A stretch of 64,000 bases of DNA from Octopus vulgaris (taxonomy: Eukaryota), in assembly GCA_951406725.2 (NCBI GenBank), contig OX597820.1, positions 16,864,001-16,928,000 of the forward strand. The letters run 5' to 3'. Positions 15,066-26,853 of the stretch are shown piece after piece. The stretch's first letter is position 1, and each line of letters opens with the position of its first letter. Position numbers and translations under genes: made by a program. The notes under the pieces were generated by a model that was given only the letters and a program-made list of their open reading frames with translations, had not been told where the DNA came from and searched no databases.

Positions 15066-15452
15066 ACACACGCACACACACACAGACGTATGTATATATA
15101 TATATATATATGCGAACGCACATGATCTCACACAGTAAAATTCAGTTGCAAACAGATATAATACAAATATCTGCGTTCAGCCATTTATCCAGGCAGAAAG
15201 CAACAGCTATACTCTTTATCAGTTATCTTCGCGCATTTTTAAAACGTAAATTGACACGCGCGTGGCTGTGTTGGTGAGCACGAATTTCTGCTGTGCGTAC
15301 TGGTATATACATGTCTCTGCGCATGTACAAACGACTGAAAAAAAAGAAAAAATAGAAACCTTGCATACGCTTCTAGGTTCCAGTTCTCCAACGTAGATTG
15401 TCATTGGTCTAATAAACTCCATTCAGAATAGCAAGCATTGCGTGTCATTATA

Positions 15453-15653
15453 GACCGAAATTTCTGTTTCGAAGGAATGTTTCTGCCCCGCCCCCCGTCT
15501 CTCTATTTTCGTAGCTTCGAAGTCCTTTGGTACGCAATTTTAATTTTTTAAATTATTATTTGCTGCCGAATGTAACTGCGCTTGCGCGGTGAATTTGAAA
15601 AATTAGAATGCATAAGTAAGCATAAACATTCCTTCGAAACCGAAATTTCGGTC
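15453..15653. mobile_element. MITE-like element with 30-bp terminal inverted repeats
   Basis: GACCGAAATTTCTGTTTCGAAGGAATGTTT (15453-15482) versus AAACATTCCTTCGAAACCGAAATTTCGGTC (15624-15653), one mismatch. Confidence 0.65.
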
Positions 15654-15656
15654 ATA

Positions 15657-15842
15657 GGCGCAGGAGTGGCTGTGTGGTAAGTAGCTTGCTTGCCAACCAC
15701 ATGGTTCCGGGTTCAGTCCCACTGTGTGGCACCTTGGGCAAGTGTCTTCTACTATAACCTTGGGCCGACCAAGGCCTTGTGGGTGGATTTAGTAGACGGA
15801 AACTGGAAAGAAGCCCGTCGTATGTATACACACACACACATA

Positions 15843-15878
<36 letters not shown>

Positions 15879-16127
15879 TGTATGTATGTATGTATGTATG
15901 TATGTACATGTTTGTGTGTCTGTGTTTCTCCCCCAAAATCGCTTGACAACAAATGCTGGTGTGTTTACGTCCCCGTAACTTAGCGGTTCGGCAAAAGAGA
16001 CCGATAGAGTAAGTACTAGGCTTCCAAAGAATAAGTCCTGGGGTCGATTTGCTCGACTAAAGGCGGTGCTCCAGTATGGCCGCAATCAAATGACTGAAAC
16101 AAGTAAAAGAATAAAAGAATAAAAGAG
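15657..16127 (+). mobile_element. SINE family A, full length
   Basis: tRNA-like head (A box TGGCTGTGTGG, B box GGTTCAGTCCC), CORE-like CCTTGGGCAAGT, internal microsatellite, (TAAAAGAA)n tail. Confidence 0.9.
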
Positions 16128-16172
16128 TATGCAGCACGTGTATTCTCTGTGCTGCATAAATATGCATTAATC

Positions 16173-16251
16173 TTAACGCTCTTACTGAAGAAGTACGGAT
16201 GGCAAATTAATTTATTTGCACATTAATGCAGAAACTCGAGTCTAGGGTTAA
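16173..16251 (+). ncRNA. Type I hammerhead ribozyme motif, family E (long stem II)
   Basis: ucuua CUGAAGA [a gua..aug gcaaau/auuugc acau..ugc a] GAAA cucgag UC uaggg; intact core, palindromic stem III ACUCGAGU, predicted cut after C16242. Confidence 0.75.
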
Positions 16252-16399
16252 CTATAGAAATATTTTTATTTTCATTCCCTTTGAAATTATTCTTATTCGT
16301 GGTTAGAGTTTTAATTGCCCTTTCTAGCATGTAAGGTGTCTTATTAAAGGTCACCTCTGTTGTCTATAAATAAGTACACTATTTTATATAAATTCTCTT

Positions 16400-16772
16400 A
16401 TTTGTCTCAGTCATTTGACTGCAGCTTTGCTGGAGCACCACCTTTAGTCGATCAAATCGACTCCAGGACTTATTTTGTGTAAGCTTAGTACTTATTTTGT
16501 CGGGTTCTTTTGCCAAATCCCTAAGTTACGGGGACGTGAACACATCAATATTAATTATCAAGTGAAGGCGGGGGGACAAACACAGACACACACACACGCA
16601 CACGCACACACACACATACACATATATATATACGAGGGCTTCTTTCAGTTTCCCTCTACCAAATCCACTCACAAGGCCTTGGTCGGCCCGAGGCTACTCT
16701 ACAAGACATGTACCCAAGGTGTCACGCAGTTGGACCGAACCTAGAACCATGTGGTTGGTATGCAAGCTACTT
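16400..16772 (-). mobile_element. SINE family A copy
   Basis: Inverted relative to 15657-16127; head truncated. Confidence 0.85.
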
Positions 16773-17288
16773 TATTTCATTTTATTTGCCATAAAGGCAG
16801 TATACAAAGTAGCTGCGGGCTGGACAAACGCATAAATGAGAGACGAAACCCAACACCCGCCGAATGGATTTTTCTCGAAAACATTTTATTTTTTTTTTTA
16901 AATCAGTATGAGGTTTCAAACCTCTTATAAAGAGGAGGCACTAAAATCTCTTACTTCACATGATTTTTTTAAAAAACACACAAATGAGGTTATAAACCAC
17001 TACAAATAATGCAATAAGATGAGGTTTCAAACCCTCTAACGAGGCTTTTTCACCTCCTACTCAGCGATATATACATCAACATATCCATCATTATCTCCAA
17101 TGCCGCTTGAGTTCCTGTATCCCGCCATTTCCCATGCCTCATTTATGTACGAGCCACCCAGCTATACGCGACATTCCTCTTTAAATCTTTACTCTTTACT
17201 CCGGTATACATCAATATGTGACCTCGTGAGTATCGCTGGTGATTTATTTTCCTCTGTCTTCCTTTCTCTGGATCTTTCCTTCTCCTAT

Positions 17289-17323
17289 GTTTCCGACGAA
17301 GCGCTCCGTTCGAAACGTTAAAC
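17289..17323 (+). ncRNA. Minimal hammerhead motif, family F (U4>C variant)
   Basis: guuu CCGACGA a gcgc ucc guuc GAAA cg UU aaac; downstream CCTGAGCGTC..TAATAC is shared with the 26819 copy. Confidence 0.55.
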
Positions 17324-17491
17324 CATCCTTCTTCCCTTCTTTCCTGAGCGTCCAATAATACTTTATTTGTTCCCCGTCCTCGCGTTGTTGTGTTTTTTTT
17401 TTGTGTTTTCTTGTTTGGATTAACTATATATATATATATATATATATAGAATCAATCAATCAATCAATCATATACATATATATTGTTATAT

Positions 17492-17530
<39 letters not shown>

Positions 17531-18013
17531 AAGGGATATTTGCTATCTTCTTTGTAAACTAATTTATGATTGTTTTGCAAGGCTGTGCATTCACAGAATA
17601 TCATATAAATGTTTGACGGCATTTACTTACTTCCCATTAGGTCCTGAGTTCAAATCGAATCAAGGCAGGCTTGACTTTTTTTTATCGTTTGGCTGTCGAC
17701 AAAATAAGTCGTAGTCCATTACGGATGAAATCGATCTAATCGGTTGTTCGCTTTCGCCGAAGTAGACAATAGAGCTAATCACTGGTTGATGAATGATTCT
17801 AATCAGTAATAGTTCAATCAATCGATTCTTATAAACCTCACCAGTACGTGGAATAAAGAAAATGGTAAATAACAATGATTGTTTCGTCAAATTAAAACGG
17901 GATATTCTATCTTAACATCAATCTAATTAATGCACATAAACGTCTGTGTAAATAATTCGGTAGAAAAGGACACACACACACACATCCACACATCCACGTG
18001 CACATTACCCACC

Positions 18014-18064
<51 letters not shown>

Positions 18065-18071
<7 letters not shown>

Positions 18072-18358
18072 ACCGACCAGACCATCAGACGTTGTTACAC
18101 ATCGCTGGTCACAATGCGTTCGCATTGTTTTAGCCTTCGAATGACGCCACCCCGCTGGCTAAGCGAGCAGGCCAACAGAAGAAAGAGTGGGAGAAAGAGT
18201 GGTGAAAGAGTACAGCAGGGATCACCACCCCCTGCCGGAGCCTCGTGGAGCTTTTAGGTGTTTTCGCTCAATAAACACTCACAACGCCCGGTCTGGGAAT
18301 CGAAACCGCGATCCTACGACCGCGAGTCCGCTGCTCTAACCACTTCGCCATTGCGCCT

Positions 18359-18360
<2 letters not shown>
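18065..18360 (-). mobile_element. SINE family B (tail type 1)
   Basis: tRNA-like head GGAGGCGCAATGGC..GTGGTTAG..GTTTCGATTCCC; near-identical to 30715-31018. Confidence 0.9.
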
Positions 18361-18410
<50 letters not shown>

Positions 18411-18890
18411 GTATATATACGTATATGTATGTATGTATATATAAAAGGCGCCTTGTTAGGGTGTCGCACTCACGATCATAAAATAGTGGTTTCGAATTCC
18501 GGACCCGGTAGTGTGTTATGTTCTGGAGCAAAATACTTCTTTTCTCGTTCCTCTGCGATCATTTTGGCATCCGATGTGTAGCAGGAAGTTCATTCACGTA
18601 GACATTGTCAATCTGATGCAGGAAATGAACACAAATATTCGATGAATAGCAATAAATGATCTGTTTAGGATGTTCAGCAAGAAGCTGCGGAATCCATCAT
18701 TGACTGTACTGCAATTTATATTTAATAAGAGCTTGCACATCATCGCTATGACTCTTAACTATAAAATGAAGAAATCCATAAGCAAGCAAGAACAAGATCT
18801 CCGGCTTTGCAATGAGGTGAGTGTTATTTCGGGGTTTATTTCTTATAGAGACTTGTCTGAATAGATTTGACTTCTCCTTTGCTTATATGA

Positions 18891-18950
<60 letters not shown>

Positions 18951-18951
18951 G

Positions 18952-18998
<47 letters not shown>

Positions 18999-19586
18999 GA
19001 GTGAGAGAGCAGTGCATGCCATCAAAGTGACACTTGGGTAAAATATACGAAGCATAGTATACCCATCATGACCGCCTATCTGATATGGGTACACCAGGCA
19101 CATGCATCACAACCATATGTGCGCAACATAGTGATCTCATATCAAGATAAACAGTACATGACCTTGCAGGTGGGGGTCAAGTTAGAATTTTCTTCTGGTC
19201 GAGTAGCCCATCTGGCTCAAAAGGTCTCTGAATAAGGGTTGTTTAAGGATGTTGAACGAAACACCCATGTTTCCAAAGGTGAATTATTCAAACCCCAAAG
19301 AATTCCTTTTAACACACAGCTATGATGCTCCCCCACTACTACTGCTCGTGATCATAGATGCACACATCGTCAGTCACTAAGGGACATGGTCAACTGGTAA
19401 AGGTCAAACGACTGACAAACAAATCTGAGGTATTGAGCAGAATATTTACTGTAACCCATCTTTTATACCAAGACAAAACAATGTACAGGATAACACTTGC
19501 AATCAGTTAAGATCAGAAGCCATGAGAGGCACTGTCAGGTACTGTATCAGGGCATGAGAGCCACTGTCAGGTATTGCATCAGGGCA
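18999..19586. mobile_element. Family D element (diverged copy)
   Basis: Homologous to 774-1480; (ATT)n on both sides; short terminal duplication at about 19521-19586. Confidence 0.85.
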
Positions 19587-19612
19587 TTATTATTATTATT
19601 ATTATTATTATT

Positions 19613-20167
19613 GAGTGAGAGAGCAGTTCATGCCATCAAAGTGACACTGGGGTAAAATATACGAAGCCCAATATACCCATCATGACTACCCGTCTGATAA
19701 AGGTACACCAGGCACATGCATCACAACCATATGTGCGCGACATGGTGATCTCATATCAAGATAAACAGCACATGACCTTGCAGGTGGGGCCCAGTTAGAA
19801 TTTTCTTCAGGTTGAGTAGCCCATCCCTGCTCAAAAGGTCCCTGAATAAGGGTTGCTTTAGGATGTTGAACGAAACACCTATGTTTCCAGAGGTGAATTA
19901 TTCAAACTCCAAAGAATCCCTCTCAACACATGGCCATGATGCTCCCCCACTACTTCTGCTCGTGATCAGAGATGCACGTATTGTCAGCCACTAAGGGACA
20001 TGCTCAACTGGTTAAGGTCAAACAACTGACAAGCAAATCTGTGGTATTGAGCAGAATATTTGCTGTAGCCCATCTTTTATACCAAGACAGAACAATGTAC
20101 ATGATACCACTTCCAATCAGTTAAGATCAGAAGCCATGAGAGCCTCTGCCTGGTACTGCATCAGGGC

Positions 20168-20168
<1 letters not shown>
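19613..20168. mobile_element. Family D element
   Basis: Near-identical to 774-1330; (ATT)n on both sides. Confidence 0.85.
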
Positions 20169-20231
<63 letters not shown>

Positions 20232-21365
20232 TGATGAAAAACACTCAGCTTATTTTAATGGGTATGATGGAAAGTGTCTGCTGTCCACAGCCACCAGACT
20301 ACGGTGACACTTGTTTACAGGTCATGCATCAAGAAACCTGCGAACAATTCTAGCAGTTCCAAGCAATGTTGATTTTTGTAGGTGTTCCACATTCACTCTT
20401 GCACCGATCTTTTTTAGCCATATTGGTAGTTTAGTGGTGATACTTCCAAGTGCATCAATTATTATTGGTATCACATCTACTCTCGTCATTAACCACAGCC
20501 TTCGTATTTCGCATTTCAAATCGTCGTAGTTGTTAAATTTTTCTTTTTGCTTCTCTTCGATACTGCTGTCATTGGGACATGCTATGTCGATTATCATGTA
20601 AGGTTTTTTTTTTCACTCTCTACAACAATATCTGGTTTCCGATGTTTGGTCAGGAGATTGCGCTGAATCATTGCATCCCATGGGATTTTGTAGTTTCATT
20701 CTCGCTGACTCCTGGGGTTTCCTCATACCACGTCTTTGCTCTTTGTAGGCCGTGATTTGTACAGAGCTCCCAATGGATCATTCTTGCTACATTGTCATAT
20801 TGTCTTTCGTATTCGTGTTGTGCCATTTACGGACATTCGCTAACGATGTGCCATACTGTTTCACCCTTTCACCACACATTTTGCATTTGTCGCTCTCATT
20901 AGTGTTGTCAATTCTGCACTCCTCCTCATTCACAGCCACCGGGCTTCTGTATCTGTCTTGACGTTCGTATTTCCTCAAACAGGTCGGACATCAGTTTCTC
21001 CTTCCATGCTGTTTCTTTTTTTTGAGTTCTTTTCCTCTAAGATTTTCTTTCTTTACACAATTATCAGTTTTAATGACACCGGACTTCTACACATGTTTCA
21101 ACAATGGTTCCACAGTACTCATTTTCTACATACTACCATAAGCTTGTTTTCCTCTGTTTCAATGGAAGGCTCTAATAGCTGCCAATATGTTTCTTGTCTT
21201 CGTATCCATGTTCTTCAGTTCTCCCTTTCACCAGTTTATGATTCCAGTTCAATACCGAAGTGATCATACCCCCCATGTATTAACTACTTGGATTTTATTC
21301 CATCCGGTCAATTTTGAGCGCCACACCAATCTTAGTCTTCGGAAATATTCCATCCTCTGTTGTTC

Positions 21366-21366
<1 letters not shown>
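20232..21366 (-). mobile_element. 5'-truncated, decayed R4/Dong-type LINE (post-RT region, CCHC knuckle, restriction-like endonuclease)
   Basis: EYFRRLRLVWRSKLTGWNKIQVVNTWG, then DKCKMCGE, then IIDIACPND..EK..Y.DL..EIRRLW..VIPIIIDALGS; flanked by (TAA)n on the sense strand, the known Dong target. Confidence 0.85.
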
Positions 21367-21464
<98 letters not shown>

Positions 21465-21495
21465 TGTTGTTGTTGCTGTTATTATTATTATTATT

Positions 21496-21530
<35 letters not shown>

Positions 21531-21710
21531 TCACTGTGCGGAGTTTATATTAAACCGACTAGATCTTACCTTGGAGTTGCGAAGTATTTCCCCTCTGTAT
21601 TAATCAGAGTCTTACCGATCTTGATTCGATTATTGGAATACTATGCTAGCCAGGATCTTGCATTATGTCCTGCGGAGACAATTACCAAGGATTATGATTA
21701 TCCCCACGAT

Positions 21711-21785
<75 letters not shown>

Positions 21786-21787
21786 TA

Positions 21788-21821
<34 letters not shown>

Positions 21822-23088
21822 CATATGTATGTATGAATGTATGTTTATATGCATGTATACATGTTTATATTCTTTGTCTTTCTTCAATCCATTACATGTA
21901 TATATATTGTTATGTTTGTTATTTTGTTCTACTTCCTGTTGTTGTAGTTGTTTTTAGTTACATTCTTCTGTTATTATTAGGTTCCCATTTTAGCTTTCGG
22001 TATAATGGGACAACACTCGCAGTTGCAAACTAGCTGACTCTTCTTATATTGCTATTAAAAACACACACCAACCAGTGTGGTCATTTTTATATGTAGTATC
22101 CAGAGAGACAATTATAGCGTCTAACTGATTGTAAGCTTCGATTTCTGTAACGTGTCGTTTATAATAACAACGTCACACTATATAAGACATGGCTGGTGCG
22201 ACAACGAATGTTTAGTTGTTGAAGCTATAATTAAGGTGAGATTTTGGCAAAAAAAAAATCAATGGGCCCTATCGATTTATCACCAAATCAAACGCTTTAT
22301 TCGATAACCAAATTATATATGAATTATATATGAACTTGCGTATGTCTGTGTATCTTTGGGTGCATTTGTGGAGAGAGGACGTATCGATTTATCGGTCTCT
22401 TGTTTAAGTTCAAAATTTTAATACTCGTTACTTAATATAATAACATAAATTAATGTAAAAAACACGTTATAAATCTTTGTATGTATTTGAATGGTTTTGT
22501 TATTGGAAGGTATGTTTGTAATGTAAGGTCAACCGAAACAAGTTGCTCTCCAACCGTAATTCTAATTTTGATTTTAAATTATATAGTATTTTTTAATCTC
22601 TGGACGTAGAATCTTTCAATGTAAAGTATTTATATGTAGATCTACAGATTTTGAATTCTTGATATTTTGGTCAATTTTCGTTTTCCTAATATTCCGGTGT
22701 GCATAAAATCAGAATTTCCTTTGTTTCTACGAATCTTTCCCGTCCTTAAAGGGTTTAGCTTTATGGCGTATCGTCAGACCCCAAAACCTGTTGGCCTAAG
22801 ATCTCTTCAAAATATGGCTTTTTGAATATCCTTTCCAGCAGCATGCGGATGTACAGTTCGTTGGATGGCGTGGGGATGTTTTTTTGTGGAGCAGCGAGGT
22901 CAAATCGTTCCATAATTATGAGAGACCCGTAGTTTCCGTAAATATGTAGAAGCGCAACTTACTGGTCAGCTATTTAACTAAAACCAGGTGATCTCTGTGA
23001 AAATCTCTGGCCAGGGAGCAAAAATGATCGTTTGTAGAAAACATAAATCCGAAGAAACTCACTCGATGATGTAAAACAATATATATTA

Positions 23089-23312
23089 AAAGTGAGAAAG
23101 GCCGGTTTATGGGATAATCCTGGGTTTCCCGTCCATAAAAGGTTTAACTTTATGGCGTATCGTAAGACCCCCAAAACCTGTTAGCCTAAGACTTCTTCAA
23201 AATATGAAGAGTTCTTGGGTCAATAGGGCTTGGGATCTGACGATACGTCATAATCTAAACCCTTTATGGAGGGAAACACAGGATGATCTCATAAACCGGC
23301 CTTCCCCACTTT
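23089..23312. repeat. Imperfect ~110-bp-arm fold-back in TA-rich flanks, each arm carrying a decayed HHR (family I)
   Basis: AAAGTGAGAAAGGCCGGTTTATG...TCTTCA aaata TGAAGA...CATAAACCGGCCTTCCCCACTTT; a third partial arm lies at about 22735-22815. Confidence 0.85.
23232..23290 (+). ncRNA. Degenerate type I hammerhead motif, family I (mirror copy 23111-23171 on minus)
   Basis: gggau CUGACGA uacgucauaa..uuauggagg GAAA cacagga UG aucuc; mirror is ggggu CUUACGA..ccauaaag/uuuuaugg..GAAA cccagga UU auccc. Confidence 0.5.
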
Positions 23313-23339
23313 ATATATATATATATATTATGTGTTATC

Positions 23340-23790
23340 TCTTGTTCCAGTCATTAGACTGCGGCCATGTTGGGACACCGCCTTCAGGGATTTTATCAAA
23401 TGAATCACCCTCAGTATTTACTTTTTAAGTTTGGTATTTATCCTATCGGTCTCTTATGCCGAACTGCAAAGTCACGGGGACGTAAACAAACCAATATCAG
23501 TTGTCAAGCGAGGAGTAAAGGACACACTTAAATACAAAGATACACACACACACACACACAATTACACTCACACACACACACAATTACACACTCACACACA
23601 CACACACACACACGCAGACACACACACACAACACACACGTATATATATATATATATATATGGCGGTCTTCCAGTTTCCAAGGCTTTAGTGGTCCTGGGAC
23701 TATAGCAGAAGATATTTGCTCAAGGTCTCATGCAGTGGAATTGAACCCGGAACCATGTGAATACAAGGCAAAATTCTGATTACAGAAGCA
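23340..23790 (-). mobile_element. SINE family A, diverged copy
   Basis: Both modules around (CA)n. Confidence 0.7.
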
Positions 23791-24264
23791 CTATTGCATG
23801 CGCATAGCGAGAGAGTGCGAGGGGAGAGAGGGATGGAGAGAGATCGGGAGAGATAGATAGATAGATAGATAGAGAGAGGATAGAGAAAAATAATCGGTTG
23901 TCCATAACATTGATAACTTATTTATATACGAACTACTTTCCTTCCCTCTACTGTGTATTGGTTTTCAATCTCATATTCTTTTATTCCTTTATTCTTTTAC
24001 GAATTGTGGTGGTCTTTTTCAGACACCGATTTCAAATGGCTTACTCGATTATATCGACTCTAATACTTTGTCTCGAGCATATTTTATCGTCATTGTAAGG
24101 TAGAATATCGAAACGGAGCTGCAGAAAGGCGAGTAACTTGATCGTTATTCAATACCACAAGGTATTCGTTGACGTGTCGATAATGCTATTCACATTCAAA
24201 TATATACATGCACACATATACACATAAACATATACATTCTTGTGTGTATGTATGTATCTATCGT

Positions 24265-24556
24265 GGAGGCGCAATGGCCCAGTGGTTAGGGCAGTGGAGT
24301 CGCGATCGTAGGATCGCGGTTTCGATTCCCAGACCGAGCGTTGTGGAGTTTATTAAGCGAGAACACCCAAAGCTCCACGTAGCTCCGTAGGGGGTGGTTG
24401 CAAACACTGCTGTACTTTTTCTCTCATTCTTTCTTCCTGATTGTGCTGTACCTGTATTTCAAAAGGCCAGCCTTGTCACACTCTGTGTCACGTGGAGTGC
24501 TCAGCCACTTGCATATTTAAGTTCACGAGCAGGCTGTTCCGTCGTAACCGACTGAA
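24265..24556 (+). mobile_element. SINE family B (tail type 2), diverged
   Basis: Family B head plus the tail shared with 38890-39280. Confidence 0.8.
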
Positions 24557-24602
24557 TGCCATCACCATCTCTCTATCTGTCTGTCTATCTATCTATCTAT
24601 CG

Positions 24603-24721
<119 letters not shown>

Positions 24722-24795
24722 CATACATACATATAATTGTAGATAGAGAGATAGGTATTGATATATATATATATATGCACATATATATATGTGTA

Positions 24796-24832
<37 letters not shown>

Positions 24833-24887
24833 GGAGAGAGAGAGAGAGAGAGAAAGAGGGAGAGATATATCTATTATACATATGTGC

Positions 24888-24939
<52 letters not shown>

Positions 24940-25481
24940 ACATATATGTATATACATATGTATGTATATATGTGCGTGTGTGTTTGTATATGTGTGCGTG
25001 TTCGCACGTATTCACGTAAATATATCTATGTATTGGACAGTGTTTTCTAAATGCCTATGTTAATTATTCTTAAAATCTTCATTATGCAAATGCTGAGAGA
25101 CAGGCACTCCGTTATGCATACACACAAACAACCAGCTGTTTCTGTCAACACTGATAAAGGATCACTTTAGGTGAGGAGTTGTTACTTGAACTTCCGACAA
25201 GAGATGCATGTTCAATGAGTTCCTAGATTCCAAAAATTGGGGTACAAATATTATTAATGCATATATTTTATTTTTTTGCTGTTCTTCGATTCACTTGTTT
25301 TTGTTTACTTAGTACATACACACGAACAGATATACACACTTATGCACATATATATAGATATATATTTATTATATTGTCACACATACACATATGCATATAT
25401 ATATATACATACACACATATACATCGTATATTTATACATATATATATATATATTTATATATATATATATGCATAGTATATT

Positions 25482-25533
<52 letters not shown>

Positions 25534-25539
25534 ATATAT

Positions 25540-25707
25540 GCGCAGGAGTGTCTGTGTGGTTAGTAGCTTCCTTACCAACCTCATGGTACCGGGTTCTGCC
25601 CCACTGCGTGGCACCTTGGGCAAGTGTCTTATACTATATACGACGGGCTTCTTTCAGTTTCCGTCTACGAAATCCACTCACAAGTCTTTGGTCTGAAAGA
25701 AGCCCGT

Positions 25708-25775
<68 letters not shown>

Positions 25776-25876
25776 TATAGGACGGGCTTCTTTCAATCTC
25801 CGTCTACCAAATCCACTCACAAGTCTTTGGTCGGGCCGAGGCTATAGTAGAAGACACCTGCCCAAGGTGCCACGCA
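25540..25876. mobile_element. Rearranged SINE family A pieces in both orientations
   Basis: Head on + at 25540-25637; minus-strand pieces at about 25640-25695 and 25781-25876. Confidence 0.75.
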
Positions 25877-26295
25877 AAGTTGGTTTAATCGCTCTTCATC
25901 GAACTCAACGGGACGGCCAGAACGGGGTGCGTCTTTGAGATCAAAATCTCCATTTTTGAACTTGGCATACCAATCAAGAGCGGTTTTTTCAGCTATGGCA
26001 ACCTCTCCATACACAGCGCAAATATTGCGAGCAGCTTTCGCGGCCTTGTAACCTTGATTAAAAGCAAAATAAAGGAGGTGTCGAAAATACTCGTTTTTCT
26101 TAACTTGACATTCCATTTTAATAATCTGAAAATAAACAAAAATTAACTAAAAATAACTATAAAAAAAAAAAAAGATTCCAAAATGCTTCAAAAATAGAAT
26201 TCTCTAAAACAAATAGATTCCAAAATTAAAAGAACGCAATAAATTCCAAAATAATAAAAAAAAACCCGTGGGAACTTAGTTGCCAACCCAATATA
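25877..26295 (-). mobile_element. Mariner transposon 5' end: TIR plus transposase N-terminal HTH (ATG at 26116), truncated
   Basis: FRHLLYFAFNQG..AAKAARNICAVYG..WYAKFKNGDFDLKDAPRSGRP is Mos1-like; TA-TATTGGGTTGGCAACTAAGTTCC TIR at about 26266-26295. Confidence 0.9.
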
Positions 26296-26354
26296 TAAAA
26301 AACCAAGGTAGCTATACGCAATATAAATGCAAAAAGGAAAATTTTAGTTGTCAC

Positions 26355-26548
26355 TAATTGTGACAGAGGGCGCCGGGTGGCACCTATAATGCTAGAAACT
26401 CTTAGAGATGCAACAAAGCACATTTTCATATACTGACAGAGGAGATAACTCTGTCAGTATATGAAAATGTGCTTTCTTGCGGCTCTGAGGGGTTATAACT
26501 CGTAGTTCTAGCATTATAGGTGCCACTCGGCACCCTCAGTCACAATTA
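26355..26548. repeat. ~195-bp fold-back (MITE-like), TA at both ends
   Basis: TAATTGTGACAGAGGGCGCCGGGTGGCACCTATAATGCTAGAA / TTCTAGCATTATAGGTGCCACTCGGCACCCTCAGTCACAATTA, with inner perfect arms AAAGCACATTTTCATATACTGACAGAG. Confidence 0.85.
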
Positions 26549-26818
26549 TATATATATATATACACATGCACACTGACACACACACACACATGTGCACAAA
26601 TAAACAAACAAAAAGAACGCAGCTCTGATCACGTACAGAATGAATGACTATTGAAAAGTTTGCAAGACGCAACGAAAATGTTTTCGAAAAAATAAATAAG
26701 TAAATGAGTGAAAATCGAACAGGTGAGAGTGTTAAGTAAAGGAGAATGACTCTCCCCAGACACAATAATATATATATATATTAGTATTAGCAGACGCTCA
26801 GGGAAGGAAAGAAAAGTG

Positions 26819-26853
26819 GTTTCACGTTTCGAGCAAAGCTCTTCTTCAGAAAC
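26819..26853 (-). ncRNA. Minimal hammerhead motif, family F (N17=G, probably inactive)
   Basis: guuu CUGAAGA a gagc uuu gcuc GAAA cg UG aaac. Confidence 0.65.

Noticed and set aside
21187-21836. Poly-Ile/Tyr/Asn/His ORFs
   Set aside because: They derive from an (ATT)n/(CAT)n microsatellite
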